Shown one piece after another: positions 27,681 to 35,602 of a DNA stretch of 64,000 nt (its first letter is position 1; every line of letters starts with the position of its first letter). The notes below the pieces were generated by a model. That model did not search any database. It was not told where the DNA came from and saw only the letters and a program-made list of their open reading frames with translations. The stretch lies in assembly GCA_036263155.1 (NCBI GenBank), contig DATAHN010000110.1, positions 520 to 64,519 of the forward strand, in the 5' to 3' direction. This DNA comes from Gammaproteobacteria bacterium (lineage in GTDB: Bacteria; Pseudomonadota; Gammaproteobacteria; Natronospirales; REEB76). The position numbers and the translations under genes were made by a program.

Positions 27681-29285
27681 TCAGTCGGCAGGCTTCACCA
27701 GGTCCGGATTCACCTCGGAGCCGAAGGTCTCACACAGTTCGCGCATGGCCGGATCCTCGGCGATGGCACTGCGCGCCGCCGCCAGCTTGTCCGCCTCGCG
27801 CTGCTCGTCCCGCTTCGCCGGGGTCTCCAGCGCGCCCTCGCCCACCGTGATGCGCACCTTGAGGGGTTCGCCGTAATGGCGCGACAGCGCCTCCTCCAGG
27901 CGCCCCTGCAGCTGGCTCGTGACCATCTGCTGGTGGGCCACGTCGATGGCCAGGTGCAGCGTGCCGCCGTCGCGCCGCCGGTATGCGCAGTTCGCCGCCA
28001 GGAGCTGCACCGAACCTTTCAGCGCCAGGGCTTCCACCAGCGCGTTCCAATCGGGTTCACGCCACTTCACAGCAGTCTGTGGCACGACAGAAGCCGGTGC
28101 ACCTTGTTGCGGCTGAATGCTGGCAGGCGATGATGCAGCCGTCCGTGGCGGGCCTTCCGGCCCGGACATCCCTGTCCGGTCGTTCGACCACTGCGTGGTC
28201 TCACCCAGGGGCTGGAACGCCAGCATGCGCAGCAGCGTCATCTCGAAGCCCGCGCGGGGCGACGGCGCGAGACCGAGGTCCCGCTTGCCGAGCAGCGCGA
28301 TCTGGTAATAGAGCTGCACGTCGGCGGGCTCAAGCCGCGCCGCCAGGGCCTTCAGCGTCTCCGCCTCGTCGAATTCCGCTGCCGCCGCAGGCACTGCCTG
28401 GGCGATGGCGATGCGCTGCAGCGCCGAGGCCAGCTCGTCCAGCACCAGCTCGTAGTCCGGCGCGCGCTCGTCGAGCTGCGCCACCGCCGCCAGTACCGCC
28501 GCGCCGTTGCGCGAGGCCAGCGCCTCCAGGAGCGCCTTCACATGGGTACGCTCGATGGTGCCGAGCATGCTGCGCACGTCCGCGTCCTTGACCTCGCCGC
28601 CGCCGAACGCGATGGACTGGTCCAGGAGGCTCAGGGCATCGCGCAGGCTGCCGTCGGCCGCGTGGGCCAGCAGCGCCGCCGCCGGCGCCTCGTAGCTGAT
28701 CTTCTCGGCGTCGAGGATGTGGGTGATGCGCCCGGCGATGAGGCTCTCGGGCAGGCGCTTGAGGTTGAACTGCAAGCAGCGCGACAGCACCGTGACCGGG
28801 ATCTTCTGCGGATCGGTGGTGGCGAGCAGGAACTTCACGTGGGGCGGCGGCTCCTCCAGGGTCTTGAGCAGCGCGTTGAACGCGCTCTTGGAGAGCATGT
28901 GCACTTCGTCGATGAGGTACACCTTGTAGCGCCCACGGCTGGGGGCGTACTGCACGTTGTCCAGGAGCTCGCGGGTGTCGTCCACGCCGGTGCGGGAAGC
29001 CGCGTCCACCTCGATGAGGTCCACGAAGCGGCCGGCATCGATCTCCTGGCAGGCGCTACACTGGCCACAGGGGCGCGAGGTGATGCCGGTCTCGCAGTTG
29101 AGGGATTTGGCCAGGATGCGCGCGATGGTGGTCTTGCCCACCCCGCGGGTGCCGGTGAACAGGAAGGCGTGGTGCAGCCGGTCATTGTCGAGGGCGTTGA
29201 TCAGGGCGCGCAGCACGTGCTCCTGTCCCACCATCTCCCCGAAGTTGCGGGGCCGCCACTTTCTCGCCAAGACCTGATAAGACAT
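27681..29285 (-). CDS. dnaX: DNA polymerase III subunit gamma/tau
   Basis: MSYQVLARKWRPRNFGEMVGQEHV, Walker A GTRGVGKTT, zinc module CGQCSACQ. Start trimmed to MSYQ. Confidence 0.95.
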   Translation of the reverse strand: MSYQVLARKWRPRNFGEMVGQEHVLRALINALDNDRLHHAFLFTGTRGVGKTTIARILAKSLNCETGITSRPCGQCSACQEIDAGRFVDLIEVDAASRTGVDDTRELLDNVQYAPSRGRYKVYLIDEVHMLSKSAFNALLKTLEEPPPHVKFLLATTDPQKIPVTVLSRCLQFNLKRLPESLIAGRITHILDAEKISYEAPAAALLAHAADGSLRDALSLLDQSIAFGGGEVKDADVRSMLGTIERTHVKALLEALASRNGAAVLAAVAQLDERAPDYELVLDELASALQRIAIAQAVPAAAAEFDEAETLKALAARLEPADVQLYYQIALLGKRDLGLAPSPRAGFEMTLLRMLAFQPLGETTQWSNDRTGMSGPEGPPRTAASSPASIQPQQGAPASVVPQTAVKWREPDWNALVEALALKGSVQLLAANCAYRRRDGGTLHLAIDVAHQQMVTSQLQGRLEEALSRHYGEPLKVRITVGEGALETPAKRDEQREADKLAAARSAIAEDPAMRELCETFGSEVNPDLVKPAD

Positions 29286-29374
29286 GCGGGCTCGGGGGTT
29301 TCCGGGGCAAAAAATGCCTTCAGTGGGTACTTTAACAGACCCGACCAACGGCATATATGTGGAATGGAGTGGCG

Positions 29375-29479
<105 letters not shown>

Positions 29480-29492
29480 CATTGACTTGGTA

Positions 29493-29521
29493 ATGATGGG
29501 GGTTGGGAGGGAGAGCTTCAA
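29493..29521 (-). promoter_or_regulatory. Candidate promoter for ffs (TTGAAG-17 nt-CATCAT)
   Basis: Read on the minus strand just upstream of the SRP RNA. The -10 element is weak. Confidence 0.3.
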
Positions 29522-29565
29522 GAAGAATTTGGAGATTAAGACCGAAGATAGAAAAGAAGAAGACC

Positions 29566-29662
29566 GAGGGCGGGATTGCTCGCCCCGTCCCTGGGGCTCG
29601 CCCCTTCGGGGCCCCCGCTACGCGGGGTCAAAAATCGCTCCCGGCGATTTTTTCGAACCCGC
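29566..29662 (-). pseudogene. Split partial copy of the tRNA-Ser 3' end, with 74 nt of hairpin-rich sequence between the two halves
   Basis: 29566-29577 GAGGGCGGGATT is identical to 29757-29768 in the tRNA. 29652-29662 TTCGAACCCGC is identical to 29767-29777. In the real tRNA these two blocks overlap by two nucleotides (29767-29768); here they are 74 nt apart. Confidence 0.55.
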
Positions 29663-29682
29663 CTTTTAATCGCGGGTTCGAA
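29652..29682. repeat. 11-bp perfect inverted repeat built from two opposed tRNA T-arm-like copies
   Basis: TTCGAACCCGC (29652-29662) and GCGGGTTCGAA (29672-29682) with a 9-nt spacer. 29669-29682 is the exact reverse complement of 29767-29780 in tRNA-Ser. Confidence 0.7.
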
Positions 29683-29702
29683 CTCACGCTATCCGCAACC
29701 CG

Positions 29703-29747
29703 AGCCAAAGAAAAAGGGGCCTTGGAAGGGCCCCTTTTTCTTTGGCT
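29703..29747. terminator. 19-bp perfect-stem hairpin with A-tract and T-tract shoulders; bidirectional terminator abutting the tRNA-Ser 3' end
   Basis: AGCCAAAGAAAAAGGGGCC-ttggaag-GGCCCCTTTTTCTTTGGCT, read directly. Confidence 0.75.
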
Positions 29748-29749
29748 AG

Positions 29750-29841
29750 TGGCGGAGAGGGCGGGATTCGAACCCGCGATACGGTGTTAGCCGTATACAC
29801 ACTTTCCAGGCGTGCTCCTTAAACCACTCGGACACCTCTCC
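29750..29841 (-). tRNA. tRNA-Ser (anticodon GGA)
   Basis: Minus strand GGAGAGGTGTCCGAGTGGTTTAAGGAGCACGCCTGGAAAGTGTG..long variable arm..GCGGGTTCGAATCCCGCCCTCTCCGCCA. 7-bp acceptor stem, CT-GGA-AA anticodon loop, encoded CCA. Confidence 0.93.
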
Positions 29842-29906
29842 GGAAATCAAAATCTTGCCTTTATAGGCCGTCTTCTGCCGGAGTGGGCGGCAAAAGGCGC
29901 GGCAGG

Positions 29907-30296
29907 TTACTCCAAGGGCCCCTTGTCCGCAAGATTCGGCCGTGTTCTGGCGGCAGGAGCCGGCGTGGCCGGCGCGGTGGTAGACGCCGCCGGAGCCGCC
30001 TTGGGCCTGGCCGGATTGAGGTCCGCCGGCGTGAGCACCTCGGGCGGGGTCACGAGGCAGGGTTGCGCCACGCCGATGTTGGCGGCCGCAGGCGCCTTGG
30101 CGCCGGTGCCGGCGGCGGGGATGAGGTAGGCCGCATCGGGCTTCGGAACAATCACGCCCGCGGGGGCCGCGAGCGGCGCACGTGCGGTGTAGCCGGCGTA
30201 GGGATGCGCGTTCCCGCAGGCGAGTTCGGTGCTGCAGGAGGTGAGCAAGCCGGTCAGGCCGAGCAATGCCAGGGGAGCCAGGGGACGGTGTGTCAT
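29907..30296 (-). CDS. Small Ala/Pro-rich lipoprotein downstream of dapA (the position BamC/NlpB holds in E. coli)
   Basis: Lipobox LLTSC. 129 aa. Starts 36 nt downstream of the dapA stop on the same strand. Confidence 0.65.
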   Translation of the reverse strand: MTHRPLAPLALLGLTGLLTSCSTELACGNAHPYAGYTARAPLAAPAGVIVPKPDAAYLIPAAGTGAKAPAAANIGVAQPCLVTPPEVLTPADLNPARPKAAPAASTTAPATPAPAARTRPNLADKGPLE

Positions 30297-30332
30297 CGTG
30301 TGCCTTGGGATTCTTCTATCTATATGGATGGG

Positions 30333-31211
30333 TCAGGCCAGCGCCCGCGCCGCCTTGAGAGCCGCCCGCACCGCCGGCTGGTGCTCCGCCGTGAGGGGGG
30401 TCAGGGGCAGGCGGATGCCGGGAGGGATGCGCCGCATCTCAGCCAGCGCCCATTTTACCGGAATCGGGTTGCTCTCCACGAACAGCGCCTTATGCAGCAG
30501 CGCGAGCTGCCCGTCCAGGGCCGCGGCCTTGGCCCCATCGCCCGCCAGCGCCGCCATGCACATCTCGTGCATGAGCCGGGGCGCCACGTTGGCGGTGACG
30601 GTGATCACGCCGCGCCCGCCCTGCAGCATGCATTCGCGGGCGGTGGCGTCGTCGCCGCTGATGAGCAGGAAGTCCTTGCCGCAGCGGCGCTGGATGTCGG
30701 CCGCGCGCTTGAGGTCCCCGGTGGCTTCCTTGATGCCCACAACGTTCGGAAGCTTCGCCAGCCGCTCCACCGTCTCCGGCAGGATGTCGGTGATGGTGCG
30801 GCTCGGCACGTTGTAGAGCAGCACCGGCACCGAGACCGCTTGGGCCACGGCGTAAAAGTGCCGGTACAGGCCTTCCTGCCCCGGCTTGTTGTAGTACGGG
30901 GCGGCGCTCAGCACCGCGTCGGCGCCCAACGCCTCGGCCCGGCGCGAGAGTTGCACCGCATGGGCAGTGGCGTTGGAGGTGGCGCCCGCGATCACCGGGA
31001 CGCGCCCGGCGGCGGCACGCACGCAACGTGCCACCACCTCCAACTGCTCGTCGCCCTCGAGGGTGGAGGCCTCGCCGGTGGTACCGATGGCGACGATGGC
31101 GTCGGTGCCCTCGGCCACATGCCATTCCACGAGCGCGTCCAGGGCTTCGAGGTCCACCCGGCCGTCATCGGCCATGGGCGTGACCAGCGCCACCATGCTG
31201 CCCTTGAACAT
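30333..31211 (-). CDS. dapA: 4-hydroxy-tetrahydrodipicolinate synthase
   Basis: 292 aa. GSMVALVTPM..GTTGEASTL and the rest are typical DapA. Confidence 0.96.
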   Translation of the reverse strand: MFKGSMVALVTPMADDGRVDLEALDALVEWHVAEGTDAIVAIGTTGEASTLEGDEQLEVVARCVRAAAGRVPVIAGATSNATAHAVQLSRRAEALGADAVLSAAPYYNKPGQEGLYRHFYAVAQAVSVPVLLYNVPSRTITDILPETVERLAKLPNVVGIKEATGDLKRAADIQRRCGKDFLLISGDDATARECMLQGGRGVITVTANVAPRLMHEMCMAALAGDGAKAAALDGQLALLHKALFVESNPIPVKWALAEMRRIPPGIRLPLTPLTAEHQPAVRAALKAARALA

Positions 31212-31344
31212 CGGAAAGCCTCAGGGGAAAACGCCATTTTAACGGCCACCCGCCGCCGCCGCCAGCACGGTTGCAGCGCCATGGAAACCCGTTACACTGC
31301 TGCCACCCTCCCCCGCCGGCCCGGTTAGCCCGCTGCGAGCCCGA

Positions 31345-31875
31345 ATGAAACAGTTCCTGGTGGTATCGGTGCTGGCGCAGGACCGGCCCGGCATCCTCCA
31401 CGACCTCGCGCGGGTGGTCCGAGACTGCGGATGCAACGTGGTCGAGAGCCGCATGACGGTGCTGGGCGGCGAGTTCTCCATGCTGCTCCTGGTGTCCGGC
31501 AACTGGAACACCGTCACCAAGCTCGAGAGCACCCTGCCCAAGCTGGAGAAGAGCCTTGGGCTCACCCTGTCCTCCCGCCGCACCGGGGAGCGCGCGCCGC
31601 GCGAGGACCTCCTGCCCTACGCGGTGGACGTGGTCTGCCTCGACCAGCCCGGCATCATCTTCAACCTCGCTAACTTCTTCGCCGAGCGCAACATCGGCGT
31701 GGCCGAACTCAGCACCCGCAGCTACACGGCCGCCCACACCGGCGCGCCGATGTTCGCGGTGCAGATGTCCGTGAACATCCCCGCCGACACCCACGTGGGC
31801 CGGCTGCGCGAAGATTTCATGGAATTTTGCGATAACCTCAACCTGGACGCCATCATGGAGCCCATCAAGGGCTGA
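31345..31875 (+). CDS. gcvR: Glycine cleavage system transcriptional repressor (tandem ACT domains)
   Basis: 176 aa. FLVVSVLAQDRPGILHDLARVV and a second ACT repeat. dapA<>gcvR-bcp synteny as in E. coli. Confidence 0.88.
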   Translation: MKQFLVVSVLAQDRPGILHDLARVVRDCGCNVVESRMTVLGGEFSMLLLVSGNWNTVTKLESTLPKLEKSLGLTLSSRRTGERAPREDLLPYAVDVVCLDQPGIIFNLANFFAERNIGVAELSTRSYTAAHTGAPMFAVQMSVNIPADTHVGRLREDFMEFCDNLNLDAIMEPIKG

Positions 31876-31886
31876 ACGGGAGACAC

Positions 31887-32465
31887 ATGGCCAAGATCGC
31901 CCCCGGCAAGAAGGTACCTGACTTCAGCCTGCCCGCCACCGGCGGCAGGAACCTGAGCCTGTCGTCCCTGCGCGGGCGCGACGTGGTGCTGTACTTCTAC
32001 CCCAAGGACGACACGCCGGGCTGCACCCTGGAGGGCAAGGACTTCCGCGACCTGCACCCCCGCTTCAAGGCGCTGGGCGTGGTGATCCTCGGCGTGTCCC
32101 GCGACAGCCTGAAGTCGCACGACAGGTTCTGCCAGAAGTACAGCCTCGACTTCGACCTTCTCTCGGACGAAGACGAGAAGCTCTGCAAACTGTTCGATGT
32201 CATCAAGATGAAGAACATGTACGGGAAGAAGGTGCGCGGCATCGAGCGCAGCACCTTCCTGATCGGCAAGGATGGCGTGTTGCGCCGCGAGTGGCGGAAG
32301 GTGAAGGTGGAGGGCCACGCCGCTGAGGTGCTGGACGCGGTGACTGTTACGGATCCCGCTCCCGCCAAGCCGAAAGCCAAGAAGACTTCCAAGCCGAAGA
32401 AGAAGGCGAAGAAGAAGCCGGCCCGCAAGGCCGTCCCACGCAGGAAGAAGGGCAAAAAGAAGTGA
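31887..32465 (+). CDS. bcp: Thioredoxin-dependent peroxiredoxin Bcp with a lysine-rich C-terminal tail
   Basis: YFYPKDDTPGCT peroxidatic Cys motif. About 153-aa Bcp core, then a tail (roughly KPKAKKTSKPKKKAKKKPARKAVPRRKKGKKK). Confidence 0.92.
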   Translation: MAKIAPGKKVPDFSLPATGGRNLSLSSLRGRDVVLYFYPKDDTPGCTLEGKDFRDLHPRFKALGVVILGVSRDSLKSHDRFCQKYSLDFDLLSDEDEKLCKLFDVIKMKNMYGKKVRGIERSTFLIGKDGVLRREWRKVKVEGHAAEVLDAVTVTDPAPAKPKAKKTSKPKKKAKKKPARKAVPRRKKGKKK

Positions 32466-33877
32466 GCAAGGCCAAGCGCAGCGCCGCGGGCCGGCGCCTC
32501 TATGTGCTCGACACCAATGTGCTGATGCACGACCCCACGGCCATCTTCCGCTTCCAGGAACACGACATCTTCCTGCCCATGGTGGTGCTGGAGGAGCTGG
32601 ACGCGGGCAAGAAGGGCATGTCCGAGGCCTCGCGCAACGTGCGCCAGGTGAGCCGCTTCCTCGACGACATGATGCGCGACGTCAGCAAGCAGGAGATCGA
32701 TGCGGGCATCGTGATCCAGAACTTGCAGAACCCCATCGGCGCCGCCGTCACAGGCGGCCGCCTGTACTTCCAGACAGAATCCCTGCCCGGGGCGCTGCCC
32801 GACAGCCTGCCCGGCAACAAGCCGGACAACTACATCCTCGCCACCACCCTCGCCCTGCAGCAGAAGCACGCCGGCACGCGCGTGACGCTGGTGTCCAAGG
32901 ACATCAACCTGCGCATCAAGGCCTCGGTGCTAGGCGTCCACGCCGAGGACTACTACAGCGACAAGGCACTGGATGACCTGGACCTCCTGTTCACCGGTAT
33001 GCAAGAGCTACCCAAGGACTTCTGGGACGGGCACAGCAAGGATATGGAGTCCTGGCAGCAGGAGGGCCGCACCTGGTACCGCATCCAGGGACCGCTGGTG
33101 AAGGACTGGCACCCGAACCAGTGTCTGTACAGCGAGGGCGACAACTTCGAGGCGCTGGTACGCGGCATCGACGACCGCGGCGCGCTGCTCGAGCTCACCC
33201 GCGACTACCGGGGCATCCGCCACACGGTGTGGGGCATCAATGCCCGCAACCGCGAACAGAACTTCGCCCTCAACATGCTGCTGGATCCGGGCATCGACTT
33301 CGTCTCGCTGCTGGGCTCAGCCGGCACCGGCAAGACCCTGCTTGCGCTCGCCGCAGGCCTGGCCCAGACCCTGGAGCAGAACCGCTACCGCGAGATCATC
33401 ATGACCCGCGTCACGGTTCCGCTGGGCGAGGACATCGGCTTCCTGCCCGGCACCGAGGAGGAAAAGATGACGCCCTGGATGGGTGCGCTAATGGACAATC
33501 TGGAGGTGCTGACCCAATCCGGCGAGGGCGGCGAGTGGGGCCGTGCTGCCACCGCCGACCTCCTGCGCAACCGCATCAAGATCCGCTCCATGAACTTCAT
33601 GCGCGGCCGCACCTTCCTCAACCGCTACATCATCGTGGACGAGGCCCAGAATCTCACGCCCAAGCAGCTCAAGGCGCTCATCACCCGCGCCGGCCCAGGC
33701 ACCAAGATGGTGTGCATCGGCAACATCTCCCAGATCGACACGCCCTACCTGACCGAGACCACCTCCGGCCTCACCTTCGTGGTGGACCGGTTCAAGCAGT
33801 GGCCCCATTCCGGCCATCTCACCCTGCTGCGCGGGGAGCGCTCGCGGCTCGCGGATTTCGCCTCGGAAAGCCTCTAG
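32462..33877 (+). CDS. PIN-domain/PhoH-like ATPase (PhoH2/YlaK type)
   Basis: N-terminal PIN (YVLDTNVLMHDP..LEELD), Walker A GSAGTGKTLLALA and DEAQNLT. GTG start overlaps the bcp stop (GTGA). Confidence 0.92.
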   Translation: MSKAKRSAAGRRLYVLDTNVLMHDPTAIFRFQEHDIFLPMVVLEELDAGKKGMSEASRNVRQVSRFLDDMMRDVSKQEIDAGIVIQNLQNPIGAAVTGGRLYFQTESLPGALPDSLPGNKPDNYILATTLALQQKHAGTRVTLVSKDINLRIKASVLGVHAEDYYSDKALDDLDLLFTGMQELPKDFWDGHSKDMESWQQEGRTWYRIQGPLVKDWHPNQCLYSEGDNFEALVRGIDDRGALLELTRDYRGIRHTVWGINARNREQNFALNMLLDPGIDFVSLLGSAGTGKTLLALAAGLAQTLEQNRYREIIMTRVTVPLGEDIGFLPGTEEEKMTPWMGALMDNLEVLTQSGEGGEWGRAATADLLRNRIKIRSMNFMRGRTFLNRYIIVDEAQNLTPKQLKALITRAGPGTKMVCIGNISQIDTPYLTETTSGLTFVVDRFKQWPHSGHLTLLRGERSRLADFASESL

Positions 33878-33903
33878 GACCCCGGCCTAAGCCGCTTGGG
33901 TGC

Positions 33904-33932
33904 TTACAATTTCCGACGGCCTATGCTTAAAT
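33904..33932 (+). promoter_or_regulatory. Candidate sigma70 promoter (TTACAA-17 nt-TTAAAT) for the FadL-family gene
   Basis: Read directly, about 40 nt upstream of the ATG at 33971. Confidence 0.4.
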
Positions 33933-33970
33933 TTGAAGGTCATCCGGCTGTCACCCTGGGGTAAAAACCG

Positions 33971-35368
33971 ATGAAGAATAAGCACATCGCTCTGTGGACC
34001 GCTCCGCTGGCCGCCGCCGTCCTGGCTGCGCTGCTGCCGGCGGCCGCTTCCGCCGCCAACTTCCAGCTCACCGAGCAGAGCGTCACCAGCCTCGGCCGCG
34101 CCCACTCCGGCGGCGCCGCGATGGCCGAGGATGCCTCCAGCATCTGGTACAACCCGGCCGGCCTTTCCTATCTCGGCGACTCCGAGATCATGGGCGGCTA
34201 CAGCCTGATCCGCCTCAACGCGGACTTCACCAAGCAGTCCGCCACCGACGCCACCGGCCAGCCCCTCTCCGGCGGCGAGGGCGGCAAGGTGGGCAAGCTC
34301 GGCGGCCCGCTGTTCGTATACTACTCGCGGCCGATCAACGACCAGCTCACCTTCGGCTTCGGCGTGAACACTCCGTTCGGCCTTGCCACCAAGTACGACG
34401 ATGACTCGATCTTCCGCTACCAGGCCATCTACAGCAGCGTGGCGGTGGTGAACTACAACCCGACCCTGGCCTGGAAGTTCAACGACCAATTCTCGGTGGG
34501 CTTCGGTATCGATTATCAAACCATGGACGTGAAGCTCACCAACGCGGTGGACTTCGGCGCCATCTGCTTCGGCCAGCTCAACCCCGTGAGCTGCACCGCG
34601 CTCGGCCTCACCCCGCAGGGCCACGACGGCCACTTCGAGGCCAACGCCAGCGGCAACGGCACCGGCTGGAACGTGGGCGCTCTGTGGAACATCAGCGACG
34701 CCATGCACCTCGGCTTCTCCTACCGCTCCGAGATCAAGCACGACCTCACCGGCGGCGCGAGCTTCACCAACGTGCCGACCGCGTTCGCCGCCCTGCCCGA
34801 CTTCCAGGCGCAGAGCGTGGACGCGAGCTTCAAGTCGCCTTCACTCATGTCCCTGAGCTGGCGGCAGGAGCTCAACGACCAGTGGATGCTGACCGCTGAC
34901 TGGTCGCATGCCAACTGGAGCAGCTTCGACAAGCTCGACATCGCGTTCAAGACCTCCGGCAACCACGCCATCGTGGACGAGGGCCTGAGCGACGTGAACC
35001 GCTACGCGGTGGGCCTGGACTACCGCTACAGCGACGCCTGGACCTTCCGCGGCGGCCTGGCGCTCGACCTCTCACCGGTGCCGGATCCCTCCGCGCCCTG
35101 CACGGGCACCACGTTCAACCCGGCCTGCACCAACGACGTCAGCGCCAGCCGGACCGCGCGCCTGCCTGACGGCGACCGCCGCTGGATCGCCTTCGGCGCC
35201 ACCTGGCGCGTGAGCGACCACTCCCAGTGGGACGTGGGCTATGCCCACCTGTTCCTGGGCAGCGGGCTCGCCTTCAACCAGACCAACGCCGCCGGCCACG
35301 ACCACATCGTGGGCACCTTCGAGGCGGATGCGGACATCCTGGGCGTGTCGTATCGCTACAAGTTCTAA
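33971..35368 (+). CDS. Outer membrane transport protein, OMPP1/FadL/TodX family
   Basis: Signal peptide. N-terminal FQLTEQSVTSLGRAHSGGAA..WYNPAGL is typical of FadL. C-terminal YRYKF. Confidence 0.9.
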   Translation: MKNKHIALWTAPLAAAVLAALLPAAASAANFQLTEQSVTSLGRAHSGGAAMAEDASSIWYNPAGLSYLGDSEIMGGYSLIRLNADFTKQSATDATGQPLSGGEGGKVGKLGGPLFVYYSRPINDQLTFGFGVNTPFGLATKYDDDSIFRYQAIYSSVAVVNYNPTLAWKFNDQFSVGFGIDYQTMDVKLTNAVDFGAICFGQLNPVSCTALGLTPQGHDGHFEANASGNGTGWNVGALWNISDAMHLGFSYRSEIKHDLTGGASFTNVPTAFAALPDFQAQSVDASFKSPSLMSLSWRQELNDQWMLTADWSHANWSSFDKLDIAFKTSGNHAIVDEGLSDVNRYAVGLDYRYSDAWTFRGGLALDLSPVPDPSAPCTGTTFNPACTNDVSASRTARLPDGDRRWIAFGATWRVSDHSQWDVGYAHLFLGSGLAFNQTNAAGHDHIVGTFEADADILGVSYRYKF

Positions 35369-35389
35369 GCCAAGTCACATCGGCTACAC

Positions 35390-35420
35390 AAAGCCCCCGC
35401 CATGCGGGGGCTTTTTGTTT
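35390..35420 (+). terminator. Rho-independent terminator after the FadL-family gene
   Basis: AAAGCCCCCGC-cat-GCGGGGGCTTT followed by TTGTTT. Confidence 0.8.
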
Positions 35421-35602
35421 ATGCCGTCCCTGGCGCATACGCCGTGAAGCATCAACTCTCCGCCTCGCCCGCATCGCGACGCCTCCGGCTCCGCGCTCGC
35501 CGCGGTGCGGCGAGCCCGCCGGGGCTTTTCTTTTCCGGCTCGCTGGTCAACCCACCATGCGATAATGGCTTATAGCAGATATATCCCCACCGGACCCGCA
35601 TC

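Noticed and set aside
27681-29285. Programmed -1 frameshift site in dnaX (gamma/tau production, as at the E. coli A AAA AAG site).
   Set aside because: I found no A-AAA-AAG-type slippery heptamer or Lys-Lys codon run in the gene on visual scan. This cannot be excluded without a systematic search.
29494-29669. Small plus-strand ORFs in the ffs/tRNA-Ser spacer (58-aa MMGVGRESFKK.. and the 95-aa track ORF 29503..29790).
   Set aside because: They overlap the ffs promoter region, hairpins and the tRNA gene itself. They have no RBS and low-complexity composition.
29669-29700. Possible second, plus-strand tRNA (ATCGCGGGTTCGAACTCACGCTATCCGCA resembles a tRNA 3' half).
   Set aside because: The T-stem is not self-complementary (GCGGG vs TCACG). 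There is no matching acceptor 5' strand, D-arm or anticodon arm upstream. Treated as a fragment.
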